In this document: piece after piece, positions 61,541 to 64,000 of the stretch
How the letters are laid out: each line of letters opens with the position of its first letter
Numbering within the stretch: position 1 is the stretch's first letter
DNA from: Candidatus Multivorans sp.
GTDB taxonomy: Bacteria; Acidobacteriota; Thermoanaerobaculia; Multivoradales; Multivoraceae
DNA: 64,000 nt
Assembly: GCA_965224025.1 (NCBI GenBank)
Contig: OZ245033.1
Location: forward strand, 1,344,001 to 1,408,000
Reading direction: 5' to 3'
Notes under the pieces: generated by a model
Told to the model about the DNA's origin: nothing
The model's database searches: none
The model's input: the letters and a program-made list of their open reading frames with translations, nothing else
Program-made: the position numbers and the translations under genes

Positions 61541-61658
61541 TTCCGGTGACCGTAGCGCGGGGGAAACACCCGTTCCCATTCCGAACACGGCAGTTAAGCT
61601 CCGCAGCGCCGATGGTACTGCACTGGCGACGGTGTGGGAGAGTAGGTCGTCGCCGGGA
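61541..61658 (+). rRNA. rrf: 5S rRNA
   Basis: cccattccgaacacgg, gccgatggtactg, gggagagtagg; ends approximate. Confidence 0.97.
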
Positions 61659-61666
61659 TCCTCTTG

Positions 61667-61701
61667 GCCCCCGGCGGGTAACACCCGCCGGGGGCTTTCT
61701 T
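61667..61701 (+). terminator. Intrinsic terminator of the rRNA operon
   Basis: 13-bp stem gcccccggcgggt-aac-acccgccgggggc followed by tttctt. Confidence 0.88.
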
Positions 61702-61771
61702 CGTCAGGGAGGCTGGGCGACGCTATGCTGCCTGAAGAGGGACAGTTCGCAGCCCGCTCCCGGCCTGGCAG

Positions 61772-64000
61772 CTAGGGGTAGTAGCCGCTCATCGTATTGG
61801 CCTGTGCGTTCTGCCGGCGAACGTCGACCTTGATCTGCCTGAAACCGTCGTCCGTACGGGTGCTGTTGGACTGATAGGCCAGAAAGTACTGGGAGCGGAG
61901 TTCGCGCTGGACGCTGGCGTAGATCTCGTCGAGCGAGTCGGGGTCGCGAACAAAGTAGCTCTTGCCGCCGGTCTGCGTACTCAGCCGGTCGAGCCGCCGC
62001 CTGACGCCCGCCTCATCGATTCCCAGCCCGATCGCGTAGATGGTGACTCCGGCACGGCGGGCGTACTCGAGCGTGTCCTCGAAGGAGAAGCGAGAAACCT
62101 CGTCCTTGCCGTCAGAGAGTAGAAGGATCGCCCGCTGGCCGGTAACGCCGGCGAAGTGGTAGAGGCTGAAAACGAGACTGTCGTAGAGGGCGGTCTGACC
62201 TTCGGCCACAAGACCCGCGAGGCCGCCTCCCAACTCCCTCAGGTCGTTGGTGAGGCGGACTGCCAGTTGCGGAAACCGGTTGAACGTGATGACGGCGGCT
62301 CGGTCTCGCGGAGTCACCGCCTGTTCGAAAAACCCGAGCGCCGCCCGACGCGTGATGTCGAGAGAGTCACGCATGGAGGCTGAGTTGTCGATCAGAACGC
62401 CGACATGAATCGGCAGGTCGACGACGCGCTCGAAGCGGCTCACAGCTTGGAGCTGGCCGTCCTCGAAGACGGTGAAGTCGCCCTCCTCCAGGCTGTCGAG
62501 TGGACGCCCCCTACGGTCTGTGACCGAGATGAAGAGCTCGACGAACTGGACCTCGACCTGTTCGATGTCGGTCGGCGAGTTGATGAACACGAGATCCTCG
62601 GCCGTGTTGCCGTCGCTCAGGTGCGCGACGGCGCGTACGTAGGAGACGCCGGCGTAGGGTGGAAGCTGAATCGGCTGGACGAAGGGCGCCTGGTACAGCG
62701 TGGAGGTCAGGTTCTCGTTCAAGTAGAACTCGAGCCGGTGCAGAGTTGCTCCTTCCGGCACATCGACATCCGCTCGCGCCCGCAGGCTCGAGACGTAGCG
62801 TTGGCCTCGATGCGGTTCGATCAGCCGGACGGAAAATCGGTGTTCGCCCGCGTTGATCGCGAGTTCGTCCCAGGCCAGCAGGTCACCCTCGTCGCCTACG
62901 CCCTCGACACGTAGAGTGCGGGGCCGAGGGAAATCGCCGAGATCGAGCTCAACGCTGAAGGGCCGCTGGCCCTTCCTCAGGACCGGCGTGTCGTCGAGCA
63001 CGAAGGAGACGGCCGACACTCCTTCGCCCTCGACGACTGCGTCGAAGCGCACCAGCCCCGAGAGAATCTCGCCCGCGGGTTTGAGAAGCCGGATCCGGAC
63101 CGACTCCGAACCCACGCTGCGAGCCGCTTCCGCGAGTAACCGTTCGCCGTCGGTGTCGGACTGGGCGAGCGGGGCGCGGTGGGACAGCTTCGGCACGGCG
63201 AGATCCTGCTCCCCGCGGAAGAACACGCCGCCGTTGATGTCCTCGAGCCGCAGGATGAGCCGGTACTCGCCCGGGCGCAAGTAGCGTTGGAAGGGCAGGA
63301 GCAGCCCGCGTCCGATGTCCGGGACCTGACCTTCGGCTGCCGGAAAGCCGAACTTGTAGCGGAACGACTCGAACAGCTCCTGGTCCCTGACCACTTCGCC
63401 GACCAACAGGAGATCCCGGGACCGGTAGCCGGCGAACTCGGCGACTGTTACCGCTGAGGGATCGACGCTGACGCGGCCCTGGACAACGGTACGGCTCTGA
63501 AAGCGGCCCAGGAAGTCGTATTCGACCTCGGCTTCGAACAGGGGCGCGGCCGGAGGCAGGTCGGTGGACGCGGCGGCAAAGGCCGCAACCCATTCCTCAT
63601 TGCGGGGCCGAGGTCTCGCCAGCACCCGCGCCAGTTGACTCGAGTAGTCGCCGCCCAGGCTGCGCACCTGGGCTGCGACATCCTCCAGCAGGTGGCCGTT
63701 GATGCAGCCCTTCGCGCCCTGAATGAGTCCGCGAATGTCCCCCCGGCCCGGCACCCAGACACGGGCCTCGCCCAGGCCCCGGGTCCGGACGAAGATCAGC
63801 AGGAAGCGAAACCGTACGCGATCACTGCCTTGGTAGACCCAGATCTCGGCCGGGATTCTCGTTGTCGTGCAGCGGACCTGGACGATCCGGCTCGGTTCGC
63901 CGTGAATCAGCAGCACCTGCGAGCGGGCGTCGGTAAGCCCTCCGTAGTTCTTGCGTGCATAGGCCACCCTTTCCTCCCAGCGCTCGCGCATCTCATTGCG
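61772..64000 (-). CDS. GWxTD-like + Ig-like + VWA domain protein (N-terminus outside window)
   Basis: RVAYA..GGLTDAR..HGEP..EIWVY; MIDAS residues DNSAS, TALYD, LLSDG; ELRSQY.LAY. Confidence 0.85.
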   Translation of the reverse strand, partial: RNEMRERWEERVAYARKNYGGLTDARSQVLLIHGEPSRIVQVRCTTTRIPAEIWVYQGSDRVRFRFLLIFVRTRGLGEARVWVPGRGDIRGLIQGAKGCINGHLLEDVAAQVRSLGGDYSSQLARVLARPRPRNEEWVAAFAAASTDLPPAAPLFEAEVEYDFLGRFQSRTVVQGRVSVDPSAVTVAEFAGYRSRDLLLVGEVVRDQELFESFRYKFGFPAAEGQVPDIGRGLLLPFQRYLRPGEYRLILRLEDINGGVFFRGEQDLAVPKLSHRAPLAQSDTDGERLLAEAARSVGSESVRIRLLKPAGEILSGLVRFDAVVEGEGVSAVSFVLDDTPVLRKGQRPFSVELDLGDFPRPRTLRVEGVGDEGDLLAWDELAINAGEHRFSVRLIEPHRGQRYVSSLRARADVDVPEGATLHRLEFYLNENLTSTLYQAPFVQPIQLPPYAGVSYVRAVAHLSDGNTAEDLVFINSPTDIEQVEVQFVELFISVTDRRGRPLDSLEEGDFTVFEDGQLQAVSRFERVVDLPIHVGVLIDNSASMRDSLDITRRAALGFFEQAVTPRDRAAVITFNRFPQLAVRLTNDLRELGGGLAGLVAEGQTALYDSLVFSLYHFAGVTGQRAILLLSDGKDEVSRFSFEDTLEYARRAGVTIYAIGLGIDEAGVRRRLDRLSTQTGGKSYFVRDPDSLDEIYASVQRELRSQYFLAYQSNSTRTDDGFRQIKVDVRRQNAQANTMSGYYP

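Overview
High-GC bacterial chromosomal window. Its 16S rRNA and gene content (GWxTD/VWA protein, multi-repeat carboxypeptidase-regulatory-like protein) suggest Acidobacteriota, possibly Thermoanaerobaculia; this is an inference, not a database result. Most of it is housekeeping: ffh, rpsP-khpA-rimM-trmD-rplS-rnhB, icd-sucCD-ndk, cdd, tyrS, trmFO-xerC-hslVU-dapF, topA, dprA, purSQLFMN and a complete 16S-Ile-Ala-23S-5S rRNA operon. Accessory parts: (1) a 6.3 kb island between ffh and rpsP with a parDE toxin-antitoxin pair, one intact IS3-like element nested in a deleted IS21, several IS remnants, a HicB-like ORF and a MITE; (2) a Tat-exported PaoABC-like molybdo-flavoenzyme whose FAD subunit appears to have lost its [4Fe-4S] ligands, followed by a small Cys-rich protein and a secreted DUF1326-like protein; (3) a TPR + secreted protein + zincin/propeller/Omp85 locus; (4) an inverted, zinc-finger-less topA next to IS scars; (5) a large beta-sandwich repeat protein with a coupled 47-aa ORF. 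The 16S has compensatory changes in the EUB338/341F site. No CRISPR array or prophage was seen. All calls come from reading motifs by eye; no searches were run.
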